Shown here: positions 9,857 through 22,300 of the stretch, in pieces
Layout of the letters: every line of letters begins with the position of its first letter
How positions within the stretch are numbered: the stretch's first letter is position 1
NCBI GenBank assembly: GCA_010909165.1
Contig: MU008168.1
Coordinates: 558,001-622,000 of the forward strand
Direction: 5' to 3'
Source: Anthoceros angustus
Lineage: Eukaryota > Plantae > Anthocerotophyta
DNA: 64,000 nucleotides
Made by a program: the position numbers and the translations under genes
Notes under the pieces: model-generated
The model's input: the letters and a program-made list of their open reading frames with translations, nothing else
Database searches by the model: none
What the model was told of the DNA's origin: nothing

Positions 9857-12800
9857 ATGGGGGTGATGTCGAGGCGCGTTTTGCCGGTGTGCGGGAGGTT
9901 GTGCGTCTTCTGCCCCGCCTTCAGAGCCCGGTCGAGGCAGCCGGTGAAGCGGTATAAGAAGCTTCTGGCGGAGATCTTCCCCAAGTCGCAGGCAAGGGCC
10001 GGGATCGCAGTCTTTACTGTGTGTTAGTGTGTGTGTGTGCTGCAATGTGAGGGAGAGGGATGGCGGTTTACGGGTTTCAGAGCCTGTGGTGTGCAGGAGG
10101 AGGCTCCAAATGACCGCAAAATCGGCAAGTTGTGCGAGTACGCATCGAAGAATCCGTTGCGTATTCCCAAGGTTGGAGCCACTGTCCGTGGCCTCTGCGG
10201 GAGTTTTTGTTTTACTGTTGTTGGCTGAGCGAAGTAGTCATGCTAGTCTGGTCTGGCAGATTGCGAATGCTCTGGAGCAGCGGGGGTATAAGGAGGTGCG
10301 CAGTGAACACTTTGGCTCGGTTCAAGTGGTCATGAGGGCGTATTCCAAGTTGCTTTCGTTATGCAAAGACCAAATGTAAGACCGTTCGTTGAGTGTGGGG
10401 GAATATGGTTTGCTATGGGGTGCCGTGGAACTGAGTGAGCTGTGTTTCGCTGTTGCCGTGCAGGCCCTTGTTTGCTGTGAGCGCGTTGAACATGATTCGT
10501 GCACTTCTCGAACAGCAACGCCACGATGAGATGCGTATTCTGGGCTGCCAGGCTCTCGTTGATTTCATTAACAATCAGGTACGATCTGCAGCACCTGAAA
10601 GCCTGGGCATGATTTTGGGGCTTGTTGTTTGGACAATCAAACCTATTCGCACCAGGTGAAGGTAGGAGGTCCCATTTCTCGTGTAACATGTGTCATATGC
10701 AGACGGATGCGACCTACATGCGAAATCTAGAGGTCCTGATTCCAAAGCTTTGTGCACTTGCTCGAGAGGTGGGCGAAGAGAAGCGACGCCTACCTTTGCG
10801 AGCTGCTGGTCTTCAGGCTCTTTCGTCCATGGTGATCTTCTTGTACATTTGAGCTTTGCCCTTTTCTATGGGACCACCAAACTGTCAGTATGAACCTGGC
10901 TGCCTGCACGGCTTACACATAGCATGGTCTCAGTCCTTGTGCATCGACAGCAATGATAATCTGTGGCTTACAGTCACGCCACGATTTTAATTGTTGCTCA
11001 CTCTTTGCAGGTCTGGCTTATGGGACTATACTCCCACATGTCGGGAGAGTTTGACGAGGTAAGTTCGGTGCTTGCTGATTCTAGGATTCTGCAGGAACGT
11101 GGCTGGAAGGCTCTGTCAGCTTTAACTGGTGTTGCCCTTGGCCAGATTGTGGCTGTGACTTTGGATAATTACGAATTTTCTTCTCTCGAAGTGGAGGCTG
11201 ATGAGCGCAGTGAACCACAGCAGAACTGGTTAACAGACATGTTGAGTGCTGAAGGTCGAGGACCTATTGCTGTCATGAGAGATGCAATGTCGAGGCTCTC
11301 CTTTCAAAAGGAAAACTCGCACTTCAAGGACCCATCTAATCTTACCAGGTATACGTTGACCTGGATCCGGCTAGCTTTGATTTGGGTGGTTAGTTCAAAG
11401 TGCTAGGGCAGTTTAGAACTGTTAACCGTGGGTTCTGCTAATGTGGATCGCTCAACAGGGCTGAAGCAGAGAGTCCAAAGGTCTGGTCTCAAATTTGTGT
11501 TCAAAACATGGCCAAACTGGCTAATGAAGCAACAGCGGTTCGACGTGTCCTGGACCCGATGTTCAGATACTTTGACATTGGCAAGCATTGGTCACCAGGA
11601 CATGGCCTTGCTCTTTCGGTCCTCCGTGATCTACAGATTCTAATGGAGAAAACAGGTATGAGGCAATCACTTATTGATGTGTTCCGAAATCTTTGATTTT
11701 GAGTTATCGTCTGTGTCTTAGTTTCATGTTGTAATGATGTTGAAATTTCTTTTCAGGAAACAATCAGCTCCTGTTGTCAGCGCTGATCAGACATCTCGAC
11801 CATAAAAATGTGGCAGTCCACCCTGTTCCAAAGACACACATCGTTGCAATTGCAGCTGTGCTTGCCAAGCATTCCAGAACAAAAGCAACTGTCGCCGAAG
11901 TGGGTGCCATGAGTGACCTGTCGAAACATCTACGCAAGAGCCTTCAGGCTGCCATAGAAGCATCTGGGGCAGAGAAGGACACAATTGTGGAGCATCATCG
12001 TACACTGCAAAAGGCCATCGAAGATTGCCTTCTGCAGCTTGCAAAAAGGGTAGGTGCCTGGGTACTTTTTCCTTGTGCTCCCTTGTGTGCAGGAGTAGTA
12101 TGGTGATCCACGCCCTGTTTAATTTGTTTTGAAGGTCGGAGAGGCTGGTCCGATTCTTGATATGATGGCGTCAGCATTGACAAAGCTTTCAGGAAATTCT
12201 GTGGTCGCAAAGACCACTATGGAAGCGATGTGCATGCTGGCACAGACGCTAACATATCTACCTGATCAATCATATGCACATCAGGTACATATTCATGTTT
12301 CTGGGGATGAGTATTTGCTGATGAGAGGGTATATTTTTGAAGAATCCTGTGCTATGTAATTTCAAATCTTTCCTTAACAGTTGTCTTGAACTATGTCCAG
12401 GTTTTCCCAGAAACATTGTTTCATGAGCTTATCCAAGCTATGGTGCACCCGGACTTTGAAACAAGGATTGGTGCTCATCGGATTTTCGCTCTTATACTGG
12501 TGCCGTCAAGTACATTCCCTAAGGACAGCAGTCAATCACAGCTAGAAGGCACAACCACGGCTGTTGACCAACCAAGCATGCTATCTAGAAGTACCTCTAT
12601 GTTTCAATCTGCTACGGCACTGTTTGAAAGGCTCAAGAAAGAGGTAATTGTCGCAGGTGGGGAAGGAGAAACTGCAGAAGCATCTATCAGTGGTAAAAAT
12701 ATGGAAGTCAGAGAGTCACTCCAAAGAGAAGTTACAGATAGCTTGGGAAAGGAGCATGTTGGAAGCTCTAAAAGATCTGCAGAGGACCCACGGCATGACT

Positions 12801-15102
12801 TTTTGGCGCATAGTTTCAAAAACAGCTCTGGCCGTCCTACATCTCATCACAGACAGCCAAGCGTTTCAAGAGAGATGGTGAGTAGGACCTGCTTGTTGTA
12901 TACTATTCCTAACTGAAATCATACTGGACCCTGTGGTGCTCTACTTAAATATGGCTGTGCTGCAATGCAGGAAATGACTGTTGTCAGGTTGAGTGGTCAC
13001 CAGGCAGCTCACTTGCTTTCAACTATATGGCTGGAATTGAGCCTGCCTGATAGCTCCCCTGCCAACTTTGAGGCTATTGCCCATACCTACAGTCTCACTT
13101 TACTGTTCTCTCGGGCAAAGGTATGTCCTCTCCTCGTATAGGTTCCCAGGAAAGCGACTTTTAGCAGGTTTCACTCTTGCATCTGGTCAATCTCGTTGAA
13201 GGCTTGCTTATTATCTCAAAACAGAATATGCCGGGTCTTAAATCACCAAGTCATAACTAATAGACGGCCCTGTTTATGTGCAGACATTGAACAATAGCAC
13301 GCTTGTAAGGGCATTTCAGCTGGCTTTGTCGCTTCGGGGCTTGGCTGTGGATGACAAGAGTATGATATCATATTTCCCATCGTCTCTGTTGGTGTCAGCA
13401 AGTCAAGTTATCACATTTGCTATTTCTCTGGATGCCTTCGGACTGCATGGGTATTTTCAGTAGTGCCTCAGTTACTGTAGTCACTTGTACAAGGAGTGCT
13501 GGAGCAAGTGCAAGGACTTTCCTATGCTATTCATGTGAGGACTTACTCTGTGGCCTTGGATCAGGTGATCTTCCTCCATCGAGGCGTAGGTCTATCTTCA
13601 CTCTGGCTAGTGCAATGCTGGTGTTTGCTGGCAGAGCTTACAACATCCCTGAGATAACATCCAATGCAAAATCAACTCTGACTCCTGGAACGGTACGTCT
13701 ACTTGATGGTGCTTGGTGTTAGTCTTGCTGACCTTGTCCGGGGTGGTGGACAAATGAGCAGCATGGTATTAATTTGGCTGGTATGTAACCTGCAGAAAGA
13801 TCCATTTCTGGAGTTGGCAGACGACACACGGCTTAAGGTCGTGGCAAATGTAGATTTAGGTGAATATGGTCAGGTCAATGATGACCGTGCAGCTCTCGTC
13901 TCACTTTCAAGAATAAGTTTCACGTCAGAGACATCCAAAGAAGCCATAGTCTCTGTTCTCCTTAAAAGCTCCAGCATTGTAGAGGTTTGCCTCGTTTGAT
14001 ATGCCGAATTAGATCATTGGCAAATGTTGTTTGAGTGAAAGGGCTTGTTCTTTTTTGCTTATCTGTGGGTTGTAGGGGTAGTGGGTGACTAAGCTGAGGC
14101 TGTCTCCGTAAGGGTTGTGCTGATATATAGTAATGTTTGCTTTCCTGCAGGCAGAGGGGCATTTAGTTGGTGAGCAGCTCATGCAAACATTTGTGCCTGA
14201 AGCATTTGGCTTTGGACCCCGGTTGTACTTTGATGCTGCCCATCCGTACACTCCCATTGGGTCAAGAAACTCGGTGTATTTTGAAGAGGTAGCAACACAG
14301 TTCTTTGATGACGACTTATCCAGTGTTATGTCTCTGCAATTTGTGGATTTACACCCTTGCATGCTGTCCAGCTTGTGAAAAACTCAGTAGTCAACGATGA
14401 CGACTTCGGAAGTGAGCAGTCTGGTCCAGAGCTTCCTCGACTGATTGCAAATACCCAAGTTCCAAGCTCATCCCCACAAGCTATCAGTGTTAGTCAACTG
14501 CTTGAAGCGGTAAGAACAGTCTGTGGTATTTAACTGATTTTGATATGGAGCGACTGATGCCCTGTTAAACTGAATGTGTTTCCGATATAGCTCGTTCCTT
14601 ATCTCGCGGTCTGCATGGCAGGCTCTGGAAGCAGCTGGACAGGTGGCAAGTGTGACTGTGTCCTCTGCTCCTGTGTCCTTCAGCACAATGGCCAGCCAGT
14701 GCGAAGCCTTTGGATCGGGTATCAAGAAGAAGCTTTCAATTGTATTAAAGCTGGATGCAAAAGCAAACACACTTCTTCTTACCATGCCTGTTAAGGATTG
14801 GACTGCAAGTAGCCCACCTCGACAGTCAGGGTCTCCAAATCTGGTCCGCACTCCACATTCGTTGCTCGTAAAGGGTCGCTGACTTGCTACCTTAACAAAA
14901 TTTTGGTTCCTGTTGGTGTAACTGACAATCTCTCTTTTGGGTGGGCCAGCGTGTGGGCAGGGATGAGAGAATGCAGAATGCCGGCACACCGAGCAACCAG
15001 CTCTCGTCTTGGGTATCACCTGGTCTCGGAGAGCCCTGCCAGGGGCTTAAGCTTCCTCCGGCAAGTCCATACGACAATTTCTTGAGGGCCGCCGGTGTGT
15101 AG
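9857..15102 (+). CDS. EFR3: EFR3-like ARM-repeat protein (plant SEMI-ROLLED LEAF 2 / EFR3 family), multi-exon
   Basis: N-terminus MGVMSRRVLPVCGRLCVFCPAFRARSRQPVKRYKKLLAEIFPKSQ|EEAPNDRKIGKLCEYASKNPLRIPK; internal VFPETLFHELIQAMVHPDFETRIGAHRIF; C-terminus LKLPPASPYDNFLRAAGV*. Many short introns. Confidence 0.93.
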
Positions 15103-15707
15103 ATCTTTGAAGCATAGGGAGCCGGCTAGTAGGGGCCTCCTGACTACCATGTGTATGTTGATGTACTCTGGTATTGTCTGTCCTTCCCAAACCAGGAAGC
15201 AAGATTTGGACAAAGATGTCCAGATTGTTGTGGTGGAATTTTCCTTTTGGGCTACTCAACTCTCTTCAGAGGTGTGAATATAGAAACGAAACTATGGAAC
15301 GGAAGGCAAATTGTTCAAGCTGCCATCCAAAGTGGTTTTATGTGCTGGATTCATAAATTGCTACCTAGTACAGGACTGCGCAGAGATTACTTTTGCCATG
15401 CTTACATGTGCAGAGATTACTGGCTGCCATCGTTCAGGGACCTCTGTCGCTGTCGGAAGACGAGTCTAACGACGGACTAAGGAAGTAGAATGCCCAGTTC
15501 TGTGTATGACCACAGCATAGTGGCGTATATGTAGGTAGTTTGCCTTACACCGCATGTGGTTTTTCTAACGGAGGTATGATTACGCTTCCCAATAAAGCTC
15601 CTTTCACCAACGCTGCGCTTTTATGATTGTAGTGAATTACACGGAGAAAATTGAAGCATCAGGTGCGTCGGGCGATTTCTTCCTCGCCACGACCATGGTC
15701 AATTGCC

Positions 15708-18700
15708 ATGGCCGTGGCTCTGTCGACCGTGGGAAGAGGGGTTCTGGGGAAAACTCCCGCTCACCTGACTTCAAGGATTCAACAGTTAGCTATCAAGCAA
15801 GCCAGCACGAGCAGCTTTGCAAGAAGGCCGGCCCATCCAATCGTGTCGGCTGAAATTGTGAGCAGGATTTGTAATCAGGGCCGCGTCACAGAGGCTGTCG
15901 AGGCTTTGGGAGTTCTGGTGCAGACAGACTGTTTTATTTCGAAGTCTCTCCTTTATGCTGTCCTGAAGCAATGTGTAGGACAGAAAGAACTTGTTCTGGG
16001 ACGCCGGGTGCATGCTTTTGCGGTGAAAAGGGGATACCAGTCGGACACGTTCCTGTGCAACCACATCCTGCGTCTCTATGCTTCTCATGGCAAGTTGCAA
16101 GACGCGATGGATGTGTTCACCATGGCCACCGGACCAGATGCCTTCATGTGGTCCTCCATAATCTCTGCGCACGTGAAGCACGGAAAAGACAAGGAGGCCA
16201 TAGAACTGTATGATCGGATGCGCAGGTCAAGAGTGAAGCCAGATGACCATGTGTTTGCGGCAGCGCTTCAGGCTTGTGCCAAGGGTTATGACTTGAAAAC
16301 GGGGCAGCGGGTGCATGCTGATATGTTGGCCAGTGGGATTGAGCCCCAATTGTTTGTGTGCAATTGCTTGGTGGACATGTATGCCAAGTGTGGTAGCTTG
16401 GAAGACTCTCAAAGAGTGTTCGATGGACTTGGTGAAAAGGATGTGGTCACGTGGACTGCTCTTATTGCAGGATATTCTCAGCAGGGCATGGGCCAAGAGG
16501 CCCTTCGTCTCTACAGTGATATGCAGAAAGAAGGCATGGCCGTACCCAATGCTGTGACATTTGTGTGCCTGCTGCAGGCATGTGCAAGTGTGGGCACAAC
16601 AGCTCTGGAGGAGGGGAAGAAGCTGCTTGCAAAAATTAGCGAGCATGGACTTCAGACTGATGTCTTTGTAGCCAGCAGTCTGGTAAACATGTTTGCGAAG
16701 TGTGGCAGCCTGGAGGATGCTCAGAGTGTGTTTGACAGACTTGGTAAGAAAGATGTAGTGACTTGGACTGCTCTAATTGCAGGGTATTCCCAGCAGGGCA
16801 TGGGCCAGGTAGCCCTTCGTGTCTACTGTGCTATGCAAGATGAAGGCATCGCTGTTCCTAATTCCGTGACATTTTCTTGCCTCCTGCAGGCATGTGCAAA
16901 TGTGGGCAACGCGGCTCTGGAGGTGGGGAAGCAGCTGCACATGCAAATCAAACAACGAGGACATGAAGCTTCCGTGTTTGTAGCGAATAGTTTGGTAAAC
17001 ATGTATGTGAAGTGTGGCAGCTTAGGGGATGCTCGGAGTGTGTTTGACGGGCTTGGTCAAAAAGATGTGGTGACATGGACTGCTCTAATTGCGGGATATT
17101 GCCAGCAGGGCATGGGCCAGGAAGCCCTTCGTCTCCACAGTGCTATGCAAGAAGAAGGCATTGCCGTGCCCAATTCTGTGACATTTTCGTGCCTGTTGCA
17201 AGCATGTGCAAGTCTGGGCACCCCAGCTTTGGGGCAAGGAAGGCAGCTTCATACACAGATTAGAGAACACGGACACGAAGCTGATGTGTTTGTAGCCAAC
17301 AGTTTGATAGACATGTATGCAAAATGTGGCAGCTTGGACCATGCTCAAAGAGTGTTTGATGGACTTGCTCAGAAAGATGTTGTGACCTGGAATGCCATGA
17401 TAGCACGGTATTCCCAGCAGGGCATGGGCCAGGAAGCTCTTCGTCTCTACTGTGCCATGCAAGAAGAAGGTTTGGCTGTACCCGATTCCGTGACATTTGT
17501 TTGCCTCCTACAGGCATGTGCAAGTGTGGGCAGCCCAGCTTTGGAGAAGGGAAAGCAGCTTCATGCAGAAATTAGGCGAGAAGGACATCAAGCAGATTTA
17601 TTTGTGGCGAGCAGTTTGGTGAACATGTATGCAAAGTGTGGCAGCCTCGAAGATGCCAAGCGAGTGTTTGACCAAGTTAGTAAGAAAGATGTAGTGATGT
17701 GGACTACTCTCATTGCAGGGTATTCCCAGCAGGGCATGGGCCAGGAAGCACTTCGTCTGTACAGGGACATGCAGGACGAAGGCATCGCTGTACCTGATTG
17801 TGTGACATTTGTCTGCCTCCTGCAGGCATGTGCGAGTGTAGGCAGCAGGGCTCTGGAGAAGGGGAAGCAACTTCACTCACAGATTAGAGAACGAGGATGT
17901 GAAGCTGATGTCTTTGTTGCCAACAGTTTGGTAAACATGTATGCAAAGTGTGGCAGCCTAGAGAATGCTCAGAGAGTGTTTGACGGACTTGGCCTCAAAG
18001 AAGTGGTGACATGGAATGTCATGATAACAGGGTATTCCCAGCAGGGCTTAGGCCAGGAAGCCCTGCGGCTGTACAGTGCTATGCAAGAAGAAGGCTTCTC
18101 TACGCCAGATTCTGTAACATTTGTCTGCCTCCTGCAGGCATGTGCAAATCTTGCAGCTTTGCATCTGGGAAGGCAATTACATTCACAGATTGAAGAACAA
18201 GGGCTTCAAGACGATGAGTTGGTAGCCGGCAGTTTAATAAACATGTATGGAAAGTCAGGGAGCATGGTCGATGCACAACAGGTGTTTGATGCTCTGCCTG
18301 AAAGAACTGTTGTTGCTTGGAACGCACTGATTGCTGGATACAGCCACCAAGGAGACAGTAAGCAGGTTTTTGACTTGATCTTAAGAATGAGAGAGGATGG
18401 TGTACAGCCAGATGGCATCACGTTCCTCGGTGTACTAACAGTATGCAGTCATACGGGTCTAGTGAGCAAGGGGGAGGAGTACTTTGACGCTATGAGGAGA
18501 CACTATGGGATCCCCCCAACGGTGGAGCACTACACCTGCATGGTGGATCTCCTAAGTCGTGCAGGTCGACTGAATGAGGCACTAGCTTTGGTAAGGACAA
18601 TGCATGTTCCTCCTGATGCTGCAATTTGGAGCACTCTCTTGGGTGCCTGTCAAAAGTGGAGCAATGTTGAGGTGGGACAGCATGCTTTTGACCAAGCTGT

Positions 18701-18920
18701 GAGGCTAGACAAGAAAGATGCTGCCGCATATCTACTGATGTCGAACATATACACCGGTGCCCAGATGTGGGAGCAGGCACAGGAGATGCAATCGAGGAGA
18801 AAAAGAATCATGGCACGGAAGCTGCCGGGTCAGAGTTGGTGGACAGACATGGATGGACTTGTGCATAGTTTCTTAGTTCGGGATAGTAAGAATTCGCAGG
18901 AAAATAAGTTGCTAGTCTGA
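15708..18920 (+). CDS. PLS-class PPR protein with 26 P/L/S motifs, E1-E2 and truncated PG box
   Basis: Single ORF from ATG 15708 (MAVALSTVGRG...), six near-identical KCGSL-containing triplets, ending PGQSWWTDMDGLVHSFLVRDSKNSQENKLLV*. Confidence 0.96.
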   Translation: MAVALSTVGRGVLGKTPAHLTSRIQQLAIKQASTSSFARRPAHPIVSAEIVSRICNQGRVTEAVEALGVLVQTDCFISKSLLYAVLKQCVGQKELVLGRRVHAFAVKRGYQSDTFLCNHILRLYASHGKLQDAMDVFTMATGPDAFMWSSIISAHVKHGKDKEAIELYDRMRRSRVKPDDHVFAAALQACAKGYDLKTGQRVHADMLASGIEPQLFVCNCLVDMYAKCGSLEDSQRVFDGLGEKDVVTWTALIAGYSQQGMGQEALRLYSDMQKEGMAVPNAVTFVCLLQACASVGTTALEEGKKLLAKISEHGLQTDVFVASSLVNMFAKCGSLEDAQSVFDRLGKKDVVTWTALIAGYSQQGMGQVALRVYCAMQDEGIAVPNSVTFSCLLQACANVGNAALEVGKQLHMQIKQRGHEASVFVANSLVNMYVKCGSLGDARSVFDGLGQKDVVTWTALIAGYCQQGMGQEALRLHSAMQEEGIAVPNSVTFSCLLQACASLGTPALGQGRQLHTQIREHGHEADVFVANSLIDMYAKCGSLDHAQRVFDGLAQKDVVTWNAMIARYSQQGMGQEALRLYCAMQEEGLAVPDSVTFVCLLQACASVGSPALEKGKQLHAEIRREGHQADLFVASSLVNMYAKCGSLEDAKRVFDQVSKKDVVMWTTLIAGYSQQGMGQEALRLYRDMQDEGIAVPDCVTFVCLLQACASVGSRALEKGKQLHSQIRERGCEADVFVANSLVNMYAKCGSLENAQRVFDGLGLKEVVTWNVMITGYSQQGLGQEALRLYSAMQEEGFSTPDSVTFVCLLQACANLAALHLGRQLHSQIEEQGLQDDELVAGSLINMYGKSGSMVDAQQVFDALPERTVVAWNALIAGYSHQGDSKQVFDLILRMREDGVQPDGITFLGVLTVCSHTGLVSKGEEYFDAMRRHYGIPPTVEHYTCMVDLLSRAGRLNEALALVRTMHVPPDAAIWSTLLGACQKWSNVEVGQHAFDQAVRLDKKDAAAYLLMSNIYTGAQMWEQAQEMQSRRKRIMARKLPGQSWWTDMDGLVHSFLVRDSKNSQENKLLV

Positions 18921-19303
18921 TAGAAAGTAAAGTAGAGAGAGAATTTATTATTTTATGATCACATCACACAATTTGTACAAGGCCAAACCATACGATATGG
19001 AGCGTGTTTTCTAGCCTTCGTAAGGTATCAGCGGTTGTCATAAAGAGCTCAGACTCAATTGAGAGATTAATTTTAATTGAGTAATTATTATATTTATTTT
19101 TAATGAATAGCAATTTAAAGCATTCTATTGAGCATTGTGGATGAGTACCTTTCCATGAGGAGTTACACTTGGCTTGGTATGCTTTTTGACGTAATTAAAT
19201 GTTGTCAAAGCCTAAGCACTCTAAAATACACTATTATTAAGTGCTCATGGGAATCAATTTAATTCTGATTAGTCATTCTATCTTATCTTATGCATAACAT
19301 AAA

Positions 19304-22300
19304 TTATTTCAAACATTTTTTTGTAGTGATTTGCGTATAAACATCCTTTCTTAATTTTGAATCCATCATTTTCACTTGAGCAATTAAACCCGGTAGTCCT
19401 GACTCGAGAGATTGATCACATGTTTGTAGTTTTTTTTGAAACTGAAAAATAAGTTTTTCATATGCATATTTAAGTTGAAGCAAATATTTTCGTTCTGGTT
19501 CCATTCTGCATAGACAACCTAGACATTAGAATCTTTCTATAAAAAGTAATAAAAAAAAACAAGAGCAGAATCAATGAAAACCTTCTGAGGGTTAGTCGGG
19601 TTTTTTCAAGCTTCCTTCTAATAAGTTGTTGTCCTTGAATAGCTAGAATTTTTTTTTGTCTTTCCACCTACAATAAATAATAGTAGTTTTTTAATATTCA
19701 AAACACATAATTCTATAATTGGTTTTCAATAGTATATTTTCCTATATCACTAATACGTTCTTTGATTGCTCACTTGTAATATTACTTGAAGTTGCGCTAC
19801 TTTGGCTTCAGCTTTAGTGAGCTGAAGTGTTTTATTCTTGATACTTATTTGACTATCAAGTATTTGTGTATGAAATTCTTTTACTTTTTCCATCAATTGA
19901 AAGTATAAAGCTTTTAGATGAAGCCCTTCAACCACTGGAACCACACATAACTGCATGAGGAATCTATTGTATTGAGTAAAAAATATTATTAAAAATTTTA
20001 ATTGATAAATATTCTTATAAGTAATATTTCTTTACTTTCATAAAGTAATAAATACACAACTTTCTTGATTTATGCCTATTTTAACTACCTGCTGTATTTT
20101 CTATATACAACACATCGTTAAGAACCCCGTTTGCATGTGCCCCCCCAAACACTATTATGCGTTGTTTATCGGATACCATAGCATGCATTGATCTACTAAA
20201 TATTTCAGATGTTCCTTTACCCACATCCCTTGTGGAGTACACATCTTTTTTAGGCTTCATTGCAGTGCAAATTGACCACACGTTTGTGGATGTATCGAAA
20301 CTATATATATCGTCTAGAAAACTAATCCCATTAAACCCACCATATACAATAATATGTCTTCCTACCACAACCATGGAGTGATGCCTTCGTGGTGAAGGCG
20401 AATTTCCCATTGAAATAATTTTAGTCCAATTCATAGTATTCAAGTCCAACTTGTGTATATCAGCAAGATGACTTACTCCATTGAAACCACCAAAAATATA
20501 CATTTGCGTCTCTATAACGACAGCTGAATGAGCTCTTCTTGGCATAGGAGGTACTCCGTAGCACTCAGGAGAAGTCCATGTCATCCAACACACGTCTAAA
20601 ATCCAAAGCTCATTAAGATACCCCATGTCATACCTATATCCTCCAAAAACTATCATGTAATGTTGGTCTTCAGAAATACAGCTTGTATGTTGTGTTAACG
20701 GTTTAGGAGAAGCACCAATCTGAAAATGTGGGCTAGTCCACTCATAATATTCTGCAAAATATAAAATATATATTTTTAAAAATTTTGATATGAAAGTGAT
20801 AAAATATTATTGAGAATTTTTGTTGCCATTGCTGGTTATTAAGTGGAGGACACACTTAATTTTTAATGAATAGATTAAATTGACATATTCAATTGAATGT
20901 TTATGATAAGGACATTGAGTATCCGTACTTCGATCAGGAGAAAGTGTTAGCACAAAAAGTTCTGCACATTCATGTGTTCCATCAAATCCTCCAAAAATTA
21001 TAATTTGATTTTTTCCATGTGCGCATGCTGAATGATTACGCATAGCTGGAGGCGAAGTAATTTGTTGGGTATCATTTGCTACAGGATTCCACCATCGATT
21101 GTTGTCTGTATCACAAAGAGACGATACATGTATCAAATTTATAATGTAAATATATTATTACACAGTCATACAAAATTATAATCAGCTAAATAAAATAGGA
21201 AGGGTATTCGAGAAGATGTGAATACTTGTGTCAAAAATGCAAATGTCATTCAAATATTTTTCGCCATCATAGCCCCCAAATATGGCAAACATTGTACCAC
21301 CACATAATTTTGATTCCGAAGCAACAATTGTAGCTGAATGTCCAAAACGCGCATTGGGAGACCAAGTACTAGTCGATTTTTGAATGCTCCACCGTAATTC
21401 AACTATACATAGTGGGCATGACGATTATAAGATCAAGTTCATCATGATTTAAGATAGTTTTGCATGAATTTATTTGATGAAATTCTCACCATCTAGAAAA
21501 CCAGATATCCAAGGATGAGATTTGAAGTTGGGATCCTTTAATACGTGCATAATGTTAGAATGTTCTTGCTTTAATTTGGCTGTTAATTCATGGATAGTCT
21601 GCCGTACTTTTTGATCCTCCCTAAGAGTTGCCTTTAGAAGTTGCATATCTTCTGATAATCTTATTTGTTCATCCCTCACGTGAATAGTTCTGGAGGATCA
21701 CATATTAATACCATGAGAGGTTAAGTTGGGGTTTAGGATTTAACAAATGAATAAGTAGAATTTATTGATGAGGAAGTTTTATGCTTTTGTAATTAACTTT
21801 CAAAGATGAGTTTCTTTGCTTCCCAAGCACACACCTGCATTGACTTATAAAACGCTGCCAGTAAATAAAACTCTCGTACAAGAGTTTGTAATGATATTGT
21901 CTTTGAAAATATAAAATGAATTGTAATATTTTATTACTTTTTCTTACATGTAGTATCCAAGTTTTTATGATGGCCAACCTGATGAAAATAATTTATTGTA
22001 ATAATATAATATTATGAAAACCTCTTTATGTGTACTAATGCATTTGAATTTCACATTGCATAGTTCCTCTTTTACCTTTTTTTTTCTTCTCTTTTGTCCA
22101 TGAATTGTATAAGTTTGTGTTTGCGTATCCTATTGGCTTGTAAAGTTTGAAAGATAACTTGCTTCAAATTAAAAAGGTGTCTACCCATAAGAACTTTTTC
22201 AATGGATCTCATTTGACTATGTAAGATCGTAACCTTGTGCCATGCAAGAAATGTAAAACGACATGTCCGGTTTGACTTACATTGAACAAATGAGTTATAT

